Shown piece after piece: positions 23,291 through 35,836 of a stretch of DNA of 64,000 nt. The stretch is from NCBI RefSeq assembly GCF_964213995.1, contig NC_135808.1, forward strand, positions 108,810,001 to 108,874,000, given 5' to 3'. The notes below the pieces were generated by a model. The model did no database searches. It saw only the letters and a list, made by a program, of their open reading frames with translations, and was not told where the DNA came from. Source of the stretch: Mustelus asterias. Taxonomy: Eukaryota. Both the position numbers and the translations under genes were made by a program. The stretch's first letter is position 1, and each line of letters begins with the position of its first letter.

Positions 23291-23522
23291 ACAGTAAGAG
23301 TTTTAACAACACCAGGTTAAAGTCCAACAGGTTTATTTGGTAGCAAATGCCATTAGCTTTCGGAGCGCTGCTCCTTCGTCAGATGGAGTGGATATCTGAC
23401 GAAGGAGCAGCGCTCCGAAAGCTAATGGCATTTGCTACCAAATAAACCGGTTGGACTTTAACCTGGTGTTGTTAAAACTCTTACTGTGTTTACCCCAGTC
23501 CAACGCCGGCATCTCCACATCA
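23291..23522. mobile_element. 232-bp palindromic Penelope-like insertion with two opposed hammerhead cores
   Basis: About 95-bp inverted arms; hammerhead 23350-23386 (-, complete) and 23394-23428 (+, helix I clipped); TSD TGCCTTTCATGAC 23278-23290 / 23523-23535. Confidence 0.92.
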
Positions 23523-24344
23523 TGCCTTTCATGACCCCAGGATGTCAACAACTGAAGCTTTTTGAAGTGTGGTCACTGTTTTAATCCAGGTCTTGCTATT
23601 GATACTGCCACAAGTTCATTATTATCACCACCTTCACGGTAAATATGTACAAACTGTGTTGGAAGAGGTTCAAGCAGCCTCAACTAAAAATGCATTGTCC
23701 CATGGCCCAAGGGACCTTGTTCCCAGACCCTTGCAGAACAGACAAGCAATTTCCTCTTTAAATTTGTTGCCAAGATTAGATGAGAATTAACTGATCCTAC
23801 CATCTCCCTGGAATGATAAAAAAAACACTTTCACTTTTCAAGTCCCTGTGGAAGGTATTAAACCATTTTGACTACTGACCAGTATATGTGCACTTTATGC
23901 ATTAGTAGATGGTGATTTTTTGGGGCTATTTGTGTGGTTACAATGCAAATTGTGGCGACAAAACAAGAGTTGTGGCAGAAAAGTGATAATCAGCTCACAA
24001 GGAGCAAGTCAGCACTGGCCAACAAATATGACCTTTACAGCAACAATGACAGTTGCATATTCAGACTTTTCACTAATAACTTGTCTCCTCGGTACTGTAC
24101 TAACTTTGTCTGCTTGAAGCTGTCTGGGATCTCACATTTAACTCCGCTTAAATCATGCTGAAAGCTGCAGTTCCTGACAAATGAACACATTGATGAGGTT
24201 CCCCCATTGTAACCCAAGCACCACTTCAACAAACTCATCTGTGCTCCAAAATACAATCATTGCTCTCTGGAACTGGCTGTTTGGGAGGTGCTTGATTTAC
24301 ATATAAACTATAGATCAGGAAATGAATTGCAACTGACCATAAAA

Positions 24345-24620
24345 TCATAGAAGGAGGCCATTCGATCCATCGAGTCTGCACCGACCACTATCCCCGTAAT
24401 CCCACATATTTACCATGCAAATCCCCTGACACCAGGGTCAATTTAGCATGGCCAATCAACCGAACTCACAAATCTTTTTACTGTGGGTGGAAACTGAAGC
24501 ACCCAGAGGAAACCCACGCAGACACAGGGAGAATGTGAAAACTCCACACAGACAGTGGCCACAATTGAGCCAGGGCCCTTGACACTGTGAGGCAGCAGTG
24601 CTAACCACTGTGCCACCGTG
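24345..24620 (-). mobile_element. HE1-like SINE, type A
   Basis: Homology to other copies. Confidence 0.82.
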
Positions 24621-24683
24621 TAATTGAAAGAAAAACTACAATCCCCTTGCTTCTATAAAGATAACATTTGCATGGTGTCAAAG

Positions 24684-25118
24684 ATAAAGGAACAAAGAAC
24701 AAAGAACAATACAGCACAGGAACAGGCCCTTCGGCCCTCCAAGCCCGCGCCGCTCCCCGGTCCAGGATTGAATCCTGAATCCAGGATCCCCGCCCAATTT
24801 TCCAGCCTATCTACATACCAATATCCTATCCCTCACAGCTACGATGCTTTGTTCATTACAACCTATTAACTTACCCCCACCCCCCCATTCCAGACCATGT
24901 GATCTCCAGGGAGAGGCGAAAACCCAGAGTGAAAAACCCCAGGGCCAATATGGGGAAAAAAAATCTGGGAAATTCCTCTCCGACCCCCTGAGGCGATCGA
25001 AACGAGTCCAGGAGATCACAATGGCCCTGATCGGAAAATGCTTCCCAACCCTAGTCATTTCCACTTCCACGAACACCATATGAATGCCCTGCCCCCGAGA
25101 CAGGTTCCCAACTATCCA
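24684..25118 (-). mobile_element. Non-coding CR1-tailed element (composite, non-autonomous)
   Basis: Tail nearly identical to 712-775; short patch CGCCCAATTTTCCAGCCTATCTA matches CR1 ORF2 at 1521-1543; the rest is non-coding and structured. Confidence 0.65.
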
Positions 25119-25679
25119 CAGGAATTGCATATATACACAGACATATCATTAAGCATGTCAATTTGTTGTTCACTGATGTATCATACCATTGACAACATAA
25201 GGACGTGCCACAACAGTCCTAATTTGACCACATTGCATCTGAGTACAAGTCACAGCCTTGTTTAACATGTACACTTTCATCGCTGAGTCAGTAGGTTGTG
25301 GATTCAAGCCCCACCCTAAACACTTGAGCATAGTGCATCCTGATAATTCAGTGCAGATTTGACTTGGAACTAAATTGTTGTTGTTTCACTATCACTGGGT
25401 CAAAATCCTGGAACTCCCTTTGTAATAATAGTGCGGATGTTCCTACAAAACATGGACTGCAGTGGTTCAGAAAAGTGGCTCACCATCAACTTTCTGAAGG
25501 ACAATAAATGCTGGTTCAGCCAGTCATACCCTTATCCCATGAAATAATTTAATAAATACCCATATCCCTGAATGACTGATAAATTATAATAGCCTACAAT
25601 CCTTTGTGGACTATATCTAATTACTAATTGCACTTCAGACGTTCTTAACTGATGTAAAGTGGTTTGAATTAGTTTTTTT

Positions 25680-25977
25680 AACAAGTTTATTTATTAATGT
25701 CACAAGTAGGCTAACATTAACACTGCAATGAACTGTGAAAATTCCCTGGTCACCACACTCCGGCGCCTGTTCAGGTACACTGAGGGAGAAATTAGCATGG
25801 CCAATGCACCTAGACAGCACGTCTTTCAGACTGTGGGAGGAAACTAGAGCACCCGGAGGAAACCCACACAGTCACAGGGAGGATGTGCAAACTCCACACA
25901 GTGATCCAAGCTGGAAATCGAACCTGGGTCCCTGGCGCTGTGAGGCAGCAGCGCTAACCACTGTGCCACCGTGCCAC
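25680..25977 (-). mobile_element. HE1/V-SINE-like SINE, type B
   Basis: Full head, body and type B tail. Confidence 0.85.
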
Positions 25978-26999
25978 CCTATCCTGGGTCTATCCTGAAT
26001 TATCATGAGTTTGTGCAAGTTATGCCTTAAATTATGTAGATGGACATTGTTACATCCATTTTCTCTGTGAATCTCTTTTAAAATGCTAAGGTTTTAGTTG
26101 GAAGTGGCAGATTGATTGATAGACCTACTAGAATATGAGTCTGCCTGATAAGCAGTGAAAGAGTTGAGGGCTTTGCATGGGCCATCAGTAAATGTCCAGT
26201 AGGTTGTCAGATATTTGGTGGTATGTGTTTAGGTCATTAGTTTAATAAATAGAACTGTTCGGCAGCCTCAGTTTTGACAACTTTCTTCAGACCTACCATA
26301 ACTGTAGCATTTGTTTTCAGAACCTGAGGTGTACACAATATTTCTCCCACCTCCTGCCAGGCATGGCACACTGTGCTTGTTTGGATTGGATATTCTGTTG
26401 TGATAACTATGGCAACTCCCCATGTATTCACCCTATATAACAGTATCTCCATTTTGTTGTCTATCATTTACTCAGAATCAGTTTATAACACTTTGTTTCC
26501 TGTAATTTTTGGCTTGCCCAGCTACTTGCTTCCATCTAATTATTTTTGCCATGCAACTCATTTTGTATCAAGATACATTTTTTTGCATTCATTTATTTTT
26601 GACATCTGACATTTGGTCACTTACCATTAAATTGCGTCAGCATCTTACATTGTTGCATCAATTACAAATTCAGCCCTCCCCCCCCACACGTGCAAACACT
26701 TAAGTAGTTGGAGAGTTTTGGACCAAGAGTATATATTATTTTAATGAGAAGAACCCAGAGGTTTTGTGTGTGGACAGTTGTGGGGCACACAGGCAAAGTC
26801 CAAAGTTCGCCAGCAAGAACAAAATCCCAGATTGATCCGGTCATAGGCATGTTATAGGCATGGATTAGCAGAAACAGGTGACCTAGCTGACTTCTCAGCC
26901 ATTGTATGGGAAATGAGACTGAGACACCAAGAAGTGGCTAAAAGAATAAAAAGTTAGAGAAGTACAAGTTTTCCTCGGGACCCACAGGCAATCAATGAT

Positions 27000-27349
27000 T
27001 TATAGAAATTTATAGAAACCCTACAGTGCAGAAGGAGGCCATTCAGCCCATCGAGTCTGCACTGATAGCAATCCCACCTCAGCCCTATCCCTATAACCCC
27101 ACACATTTACCCCGCTAATCCCTCTAACCTACGCATCATGTGACACTAAGGGGCAATTTAGCATGGCCAATACACCTAACCCGCACATCTTTGGACAGTG
27201 GGAGGAAACCAGAGCACCCGGAGGAAACCCACGCAGACACGGGGAGAACGTGCAAACTCCACACAGGCAGTGACCCAAGCCGGCAATCGAACCCAGGACC
27301 CTGGAGCTGTGAGGCAGCAGTGCTAACCCGCTGTGCCACCGTGCCGCCC
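27000..27349 (-). mobile_element. HE1-like SINE, type A
   Basis: Full-length homolog of 15947-16287. Confidence 0.88.
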
Positions 27350-28469
27350 ATGATGCAGTGCTATATCATTGTATTCTCCTCTCTATGTAAATCTAGTAAA
27401 ATGGTGGGCAACCTGAGGCCTGCAGGCCACATGCCACCCATTTGCATTCTGAGACCGGTCCATGAGACATTTTGTTGACCATTGCGCGTGTGCAGGGTTG
27501 CCACATCTCGCTGACTTCTGTCCGTGTGTTTTTTTCCTACCAGTATGACTGACATGATACGCATGTGAGGCAAGGGGAAGTGAAGTGAGGTCCATGCTGA
27601 TTTCACACAGCATTGACTGCAAAAGCCATGAAGTCCCTCTGCATCCAAAGTGGAAATACTTCTTTTGTTTTTACCACTGAACATGAAGGAGGGCCCCTCA
27701 TGTGACCCACTCACTAGCCTAGGTTGCCCTCTCCTCTGTAACACTTTAAAGGGTGGCAGAATATTTTGACTTGAAGGTCACCAAAATAATTAAACATTAC
27801 CAGTTCCTGTTTCATAGGATTTTTTTTTAGTGTCTCTTTCTTTATTGAGTTGTTCAAACTGTTTCTAATAGTTTATTACGGGAAATATGCACGTCAGTGC
27901 CTCTCTGGGCCTCAGGAAAGGGTGTGGGTACAGATGGAATTCCTAGTGGGAGTTGGGCTAAGATAAGGGAGGTTTTACTCAATGTGCTATTATTATCGGG
28001 CCCTTATCACACTTATTAAGTTGGACTCACACAAAGGATTTGACAAACTCAAACAATATTATTTGTGTTTTTTTTAACAGAAAGCATTTTTCTAGTTTCA
28101 ATAAAATTGCGAAACAATACATTTTATACAAATTGAATCAATGTATGGAGACTGGACCAGACCTAGTGGAAACATCATTCAGTTATCCTGCCTGTACCAC
28201 GAGCCCCTTACCAACACAATATAGTTATGTTTCTATAGAGGCTACAAATTACTGATTTACCCTCCAAATGCACACTGACAAATATGTCGTTTTAATTTAA
28301 GAACACTGGTTGAAACTTGCTGCTGCCACTAGATTGTTTTCTTTCACTGGAGGCCATCAGCACCAAGGATCCCCAGTGAATCTGAAGTCATCGGGGGTTT
28401 AAAGGGAGTCATTCCTAATTGTGATGTCAAAAGGCAATTATCACATGCCCAGGACGGGGCTGCAAGAGT

Positions 28470-28790
28470 TATCATAGATTCATAGAGCGCAGAAGAGGGC
28501 GTGAGGCCCATCGAGTCTGCACTGACACATTAGAAACACCTGAACTCCCACCTCATCCCATCTCCCAGCACTTGGCCCATAGCCCTGAATGTTACGATGT
28601 GTCAAGTGCTCATCTAGATACTTTTTAAAGGATGTGAGGCAACCTGCCTCCATCACCCTCCCAGTCAGTGCATTCCAGGCTGTCACCACCCTCACATGCG
28701 GTTTTTCCTCACATCCCCCCTAAACCTCTTGCTCCTCACCTTGAACCTATGTCCCCTCGTGACTGACCCTTCAACTAAGGGAAGCAGCCT
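28470..28790 (-). mobile_element. CR1 3' end fragment
   Basis: RVVTAWNAL...FKKYLDEHL; homologous to 7195-7520. Confidence 0.8.
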
Positions 28791-29002
28791 CACCTCCCCT
28801 CAGGTCATGACTGAGGCTGTGCATTGACAGTGTTCAGCTCCATTCACAAATTTTCTGAATATGAAGCAGCCCAGACCAGATTACAACAGGATGTGGAAAA
28901 CATCCAGGATTAGGCAGACAAATGGCAGGTAACCAAAAGAAAAAATGCTGGAAAATCTCAGCAGGCAAATAACGTTGTTGTTGCTTAAGTGTCAGGTAAA
29001 TA

Positions 29003-30127
29003 AGGGCCCATGGTATTCGAGGCAAGGTACTAACATGGATTGACGATTGGCTGTCAGACAGAAGGCAGAGAGTTGGGATAAAAGGTTCTTTCTCAGAATG
29101 GCAACCGGTGACAAGTGGTGTCCCGCAGGGTTCAGTGTTGGGGCCACAGCTGTTCTCTTTATATATTAACGATCTAGATGACGGGACTGGGAGCATTCTG
29201 GCCAAGTTTGCCGATGATACAAAGATAGGTGGAGGGGCAGGTAGTATTGAGGAGGTGGGGAGGCTGCAGAAAGATTTAGACAGTTTAGGAGAGTGGTCCA
29301 AGAAGTGGCTGATGAAATTCAACGTGGGCAAGTGCGAGGTCGTACACTTTGGAAAAAAGAATAGAGGCATGGACTATTTTCTAAACGGTGACAAAATTCA
29401 TAATGCTAAAGTGCAAAGGGACTTGGGAGTCCTAATCCAGGATTCTCTAAAGGTAAACTTGCAGGTTGAGTCCGTAATTAGGAAAGCAAATGTAATGTTG
29501 TCATTTATCTCAAGAGGCTTGGAATACAAAAGCAGGGATGTACTTCTGAGGCTTTATAAAGCACTGGTTAGGCCCCATTTGGAGTACTGTGAGCAATTTT
29601 GGGCCCCACACCTCAGGAAGGACATACTGGCACTGGAGCGGGTCCAGCGGAGATTCACACGGATGATCCCAGGAATGGTAGGCCTGACATACGATGAACG
29701 TCTGAGGATCGTGGGATTATATTCATTGGAGTTTAGGAGGTTGAGGGGAGATCTGATAGAAACTTACAAGATAATGAACGGCTTAGATAGGATGGACGTA
29801 GGGAAGTTGTTTCCATTAACAGGGGAGACTAGGACGCGGGGGCACAGCCTTAGAATAAAAGGGAGTCACTTTAGAACAGAGATGAGGAGAAATTTCTTCA
29901 GCCAGAGAGTGGTGGGTCTGTGGAATTCATTGCCACAGAGGGCTGTGGAGGCCGAGACGTTGAGCGTCTTCAAGACAGAAATTGATAAATTCTTGATTTC
30001 TCGAGGAATTAAGGGCTATGGGGAGAGAGCGGGTAAATGGAGTTGAAATCAACCATGATTGAATGGTGGAGTGGACTCGATGGGCCGAATGGCCTTACTT
30101 CCGCTCCTATGTCTTATGGTCTTATGG
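29003..30127 (+). mobile_element. CR1 LINE 3' fragment, young (open RT C-terminus)
   Basis: ORF 29108-30046; (TCTTATGG)n tail. Confidence 0.95.
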
Positions 30128-30524
30128 TCTTAAAGATTATCTCAAAGCCCCAGTCATCTCCCTTTGACTGTCAATGGTACCATCATTGCAGCATCCCTCA
30201 CAATCAACATCCTGGGGTCTCCATTGACTATAAGTTGAATTAGACCAGCCTAGGAGGTAATGGGTTCCCTAAAAACTGAGACTTGGGAAGAACCAACCAG
30301 GTTGGGACCTGCAGCAAGGAGACAACAAGGCAGAGAAGTAAATCATAGGTGTCCAGGGATTAAGGCACAGTAGAGTGAGTGTTGCACTGGCATTTGAATG
30401 GGCCCTCGTAACCAGTCACATGGCTACTGCAGATCAAAGCTTGGGTTATATGGACAAACATCAGGCACATACACATAATCCTTGTTATGACTTTGATCTG
30501 CTAAGGTAGCCATAGTATTTATAT

Positions 30525-31180
30525 GGCTGGTCCAGTTCAGTTTCTGGTCAATGATAACCCCCAGGATATTGATAGTGGGGATTCAGCGATGGTAATGCCA
30601 TTGAATGTCAAGTGGTGATGGTTAGATCCTCTCTTGTTGGAGATGGTCATTGCCTGGCACTTGTACGGTATAAATGTTACTTGCCACTTGTCAGCCCAAG
30701 TCTGGATATTGTCCCGGTCATGCTGCATTTGGACATGGACTGCTTCAGAATCTGAGGAGTCGCAAATGATACTGAGCTCTGTGCAGTCATCAGCGAGCGA
30801 ACATCCCCACTTCTGACCTTATGGTGGAAGGACGGTCATTGATGAAGCAACTGAAGATGATTGGTCCTCAGACACTGATGAGGAACTCCTGCAGTGATGT
30901 CCTGAAACTGAGATGCCATCAACCACAACCATTTACCCTTGTGCTGAATATGATTCCAACCAGTGGAGAGTTTTCCCCCGATTCCCAGTGACGGCAGTTT
31001 TGCTAAGGCTTCTTGATGACATATTGGTCAAATGTTGCCTTGATGTCAAGGGCAGTCACTTTCACCTCACCTCTGGGTTTCAGCTCTTTTGTCCATGTCT
31101 GAACTAAGGCTGTAATGAAGTCAGGAGCTGAGTGACCCTGGCAAAACCCAAACTGAACATCCGTGTGCAGATTATTGCTG
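30525..31180 (-). mobile_element. Old CR1/L2-group LINE RT fragment
   Basis: DNIQTWADKWQVTFIPYKCQAMTIS; degenerate. Confidence 0.65.
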
Positions 31181-31474
31181 AGATTTCAAATTGCAGGTGG
31201 CACTCAAAGCCAGCGGGGTTCTCTTTAAATATGCAACTCCAGTGATGTCTGTGAGGCCTGTTCTGCGAGTTGAACCTGAGGTCCAAGCAGAGGAGTTGCG
31301 GTGGCTTCACCACCTGACCAATTGGCAATGGGGTCAGGCTCAGAATGTATTAACTTATCAACCAGATTTAACCCAGTCATTGAAGAAACTAACAGTATGT
31401 CACTTATACTCATGGCTCTTTTTTCCACTGGCATACTTCTGTCATTTGACTATGTGCTGATCTGTTTCTCTTAG

Positions 31475-32715
31475 GTTCAAGGTCCTGCAAATTGCTCCAC
31501 CAGTGGATTCTACTACTAGCGTTTGTTTGGAGTCCAGGGGTTGTGAATGGAGTCTGCATATGTGATGGCAACCTTGATTTCAGGACCTTTAAGTTTAGCC
31601 AGGTGAGAGAAGAATGTTGCCTAAACTTCACTGGCTCTTCCATTGGTGCCCTTCAATGGAACGTCTTCACAAACTTGTCAGGAATCAAGGTCCTCGACCT
31701 CTCAAATTGCAACATATCTGAGATCTATGAAGTGGATGAAACCCCAACCTCTCTGGAGGTCGTGTACCTGGACCACAATCAATTAGAACAATTACCCTCT
31801 AACTTCCTCACAAACGCACCCAGCTTAAAAGTTCTTCACCTGGAGAAAAACCAGCTTCAACAGTTACCAGAGAACGTCCTCGAGGCTTCAGACCAGATTC
31901 AGGAGTTGTACCTGGACTCCAACAATTTAATTTCTATACCTGCTAGTGTCTTTAAACCAAGCCTTGTGAAATTGTCTGTTTTTAATAACACCTTGGAGTG
32001 TACATGTGCCTTGTATGATGGTTTGGCGAAATATATTACTGTAAACGTAAGCATCAGCGGATCAGAAAATGTGCTAATGTGCTACACAACAAAGCACCCA
32101 CAAGGTCTGAATATCATCGCCATTCATCGCTCAGATATCTGCAGGTCCCATGGTCTCACAGCCCTCTTCATTTGCCTGCCATTGATTGCAGCTCTTGCTC
32201 TGGTGTTGTGCTGTTACTGCTGGAGAAGTAAAAGGTCAAATTTTAAAGTGATGAGACAAGACAATCAAATTTGCACCATCGAGAAGTCTGGCTTTTCGAA
32301 TGCGGGGGACCATCACTATATAACTTGCAGGACTCCGGAGACAACCCCCATTCCCACAGGGTATGAAAACAGCATCCTGGCCAGAAACCAGCTCATGTTA
32401 CGCCCCTCAACTGCATTGCTCGGGAGCAACCGTGACTTGTACGAAGAGGTGGAGATAAAGCTCGGCAGTTCTGTCGACTCAGTCACACGTGCTGACAAGA
32501 TTTATCTCGACATGCCCAATAATAACGTGGGGGACGAAGATGCTGTTGAGGCAGTCCATGCTGAGCCAGAATTGGTGAGTGTCACAGAGGAGTTACAGGA
32601 GGAAGATCGTCAAAGGCTCTACATGAATAAGTCCGCAAACTACTACAACCTAGTTCCTGGCATTGAGTTAGACGACTCTGACCATGGTGAATATGAAAAC
32701 ATTGACCTATCCTAG
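31475..32715 (+). CDS. Main coding exon of a type I membrane leucine-rich-repeat receptor (LRRC25-like; orthology unverified)
   Basis: Acceptor TCTGTTTCTCTTAG|G; signal-like WILLLAFVWSPGVVNG; Cys cap; about 5 LxxLxLxxNxL repeats; LRRCT-like NTLECTC; TM ALFICLPLIAALALVLCCYCW; long Tyr-rich tail; ORF uninterrupted; AATAAA at 32843. Confidence 0.92.
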
Positions 32716-33014
32716 TGACCCAGGGTCATTTGTATTGGAGACTTCACAAAAGCTATATCAAAACATTTGACAGTATAAAAAAACTGCCTTGCACTGGTGA
32801 AAATGGACAGAGGACTTGCTTTTTTAGCACATTCATGTGAAGAATAAAAATGGAATGATTGGTGCAGAAAGGGTACATTACTGAGTTTAAAATTCAGGCT
32901 TACTATTGGGGTATTACTCCTGGCATTACCGTTGATGTTAATGTATGTGATGTCAAAGTAGTCTTCCCACCTCAGTCCAATGCAAAGTTCAAATGCTCTC
33001 CCATCAGCAGTTTC

Positions 33015-33330
33015 TGTCTATGAGAAGCAAACCTGCAGTAGGTAAATATAATAACTCCAGGAATTAGCTGTAAAGGAACAGTGCTTTATTGCACAAAATA
33101 AAGTGAAGCAAAACCACAAGCCTGTGGTGAACGCAAACGAGTCCCAACTCGGACAGTACAACAATGGACCCACTCAGGGGCCTGCTTTATACAGTGCTCG
33201 GTATACGATCTCCACCTGGTGAGTTAATTACCAATCCCCAGGGAGCTTGTATTCAACAAGTCCCACAGGGAGGTCAATTAGTGATTCCCCATGCAAGTCC
33301 TGGGGGTTATCCCAGTAAATATAGAAACAA
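33015..33330 (-). mobile_element. Possible solo LTR
   Basis: On minus, TATAAA followed about 100 bp later by AATAAA; TG...CA ends plausible; no clean TSD. Confidence 0.3.
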
Positions 33331-35469
33331 TTCAGAGGAGTCATAGAGGAGAGAAAGGACCCAAAATGGTGCCACTTGTATCATCTGCTGTCATTCTCTT
33401 GATAATTTTGATTTCCCAAGTACAATCCAGTATTAAAAAATACATCAATTGGAAAAAGTCTGTTTTGCCTGTGACAGACATCAGTAGGAATTTGAATCTA
33501 TTTTACCCTCATCAACCTGGCAGAGACTGGGTGGGTTTGGGTTGGATGCCTGTTTTATAGTCTGTCTGATTGAAATGGATGGAGAAATTGGACTGGGTGC
33601 GTGGTGTACATCCAACTGGAACCCAATAGGCAGCTTTGAAGAAAATTGAAGCCCACAAGTTTTATCAGACTTCTATAATCAAGCTTTTTGCAGTTCAATG
33701 TTAAATTCAAACAATCAGTACAAAGAAGGGGTTGGTGTCATTATTTCTCATTTCTCTCAAACTAAACTTACTCGTAATACTGGACTGACAAGTGTGACCT
33801 CCTGCTTGGCAGGTTTGGCAAGATTTTTGGGTGAACTTCCTGCCTGCATGCGTCATGAATATATGTTGTATTGACAGAGCTTTAAGCGCTTCATCCATGC
33901 AGTCATACTAAAGTCATATTGGACAGGCTGGTATTTGAAAGAAAATGGGTCAGTGAGGCCGGCCGGCTTCCACCTCTCTCTATCCCTGTCGAGCTGATTA
34001 CCAAGCATCCCCCCCCCCACCCCCCAAATCTACAATGTGTAAATGGTAACGGGGAAGTGAGGCCATCGGCCTTTCACCCAGGCCACTGACACTCCCAGGG
34101 ATCCTATGACAGGTTGGTAATAGTCCCTGAGGCAGTGATAGAAGGTCACTTTAGAAGGACATGGCCAGGTAGTGAGTGGGTCACTCTCAGGTCCCAAAGC
34201 CTTCCCTGTTTAAGCAATTAACTCAGTTTGAGGTTTAACATTCAAGATGCCCTCTGAATTTCAGAGCCCTCTATCCCCTTTCATTTGGACTCTGAAGCAT
34301 AGTTTCACTACAACGCTACACACGTGCATTAACAATAAGGTAGGTGCATGGGTGCCCATCCATGCAGCTTAGAGGGAACATTGGCTGAGAGCCTAACCTA
34401 CATAATGAATGAGGAATTCCATCAGGAACTCCTGCCCCTACACAATGAATGATCCCAAACCAGCTGGGGTCATGGTGATGTCAAAGCACCAATTGAAATT
34501 CAGGCTTGAAGGTAAACAAAATATTCAACTATGCAGTCAATATTATTGAGCCCAAAACCACCTTGATCCCATTGACTTTCGTTAGAATAGCCAGGTTGGG
34601 TGGAACCTTTCTAGTTTTTTTTTACTATTTCTAGCCTAGGTGTAACAACAATGCCAAGTTGTAGCTCTTCTATCCCTTCCTGCTGGGATTAGTACTGTTC
34701 AGGATTTGAACTGCTTGCCTCTACTGCGTACCTAGCAGCACACTACTTGATGTATTTACACAGCGATCCATTGGGGCCCTTTGGAATGTATTTTAAACAT
34801 ACCAAAATTGGTGGTACATTGACAACTCTCAGACACCAACATTTACACCGTAGAATGGTATTGTGAGAATGCGGGCAAAAGCAATTGGTTCAAAGAGCAG
34901 TTGGAAAGGTGATTAAGAGTGGAACTGTAACCTGGGAGCACTGGTTTCACTGCACTCACCTGTAACTCTATTATTTTTGAACAATGTGTCATTTGATGCT
35001 TTCATGAACCAATTATGTTTTGTGCTTTTCAAAGTAAACTTATTATAATGATACTATAACGAGCATTAATAATACTTCACTGTATTTCTGTAGTAAAACA
35101 CAATGCATAAATTTTGGCTTTCCTGCTTATTTTATGAATTTTAAAGCATTGTTTAATATATCAGAGCAACTGATCACAATCAAGTGCCCACTCACAAGGT
35201 TGTAAAACTAAGAGCTTATGTCTTCCTGGCCACAACAACTTTATGAAGAGTAAATATGCTGACTTATTGTTAACTCTGTCTAATCCAAGCAATAACCTGA
35301 GTATCAACACTGGGATTATTTCAGAGCTATACAGAAGTTAGAAAAGAATAGATGTTAATCACTGTACTTTCAATTTGGTCTGAATCCCTCCATGTTTTGC
35401 TTACCTTTCACAAATAAGAAAATAAATTGTGCATTTGAACAGGGGAGCACGATTTTGTGGGTGAGCATT

Positions 35470-35836
35470 ATTGTGTACAAGATTGTGAAAGGCATGGACA
35501 GAGTGGATAAGGAGCAGTTGATCCCCTCAGTTGAAGGGTCAGTCACAAGGGGACAGATTCAAGGTGAGGTGCAGGAGGTTTAGGGGGGAATGTGAGGAAA
35601 AACCTTTTTACCCAGAGTGTGTTGATGGTCTGGAATGCACCGCCTGGGAGGGTGGTGGAGGCAAGTTGCCTCACATCCTTTAAAAAGTACCTGGATGAGC
35701 ACTTGGCACATCATAAATTTCAAGGCTATGGGCCAAGTGCTGGTAAATGGGATTAGGTGGGAGTTCAGGTGTTTTCGCATGTCGATGCAAACTCAATGGG
35801 CCATAGGGCCTCTTCTGCACTGTATAATTCTATGAT
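35470..35836 (+). mobile_element. CR1 3' end fragment
   Basis: VYKIVKGMDRVD; same tail family as 28470-28790. Confidence 0.8.

Noticed and set aside
23291-23522. Palindromes as MITEs or pre-miRNAs
   Set aside because: The arms match the Penelope-like 3' end at 2920-3015, only one arm has the tail, and arm lengths vary from copy to copy, unlike fixed TIRs.
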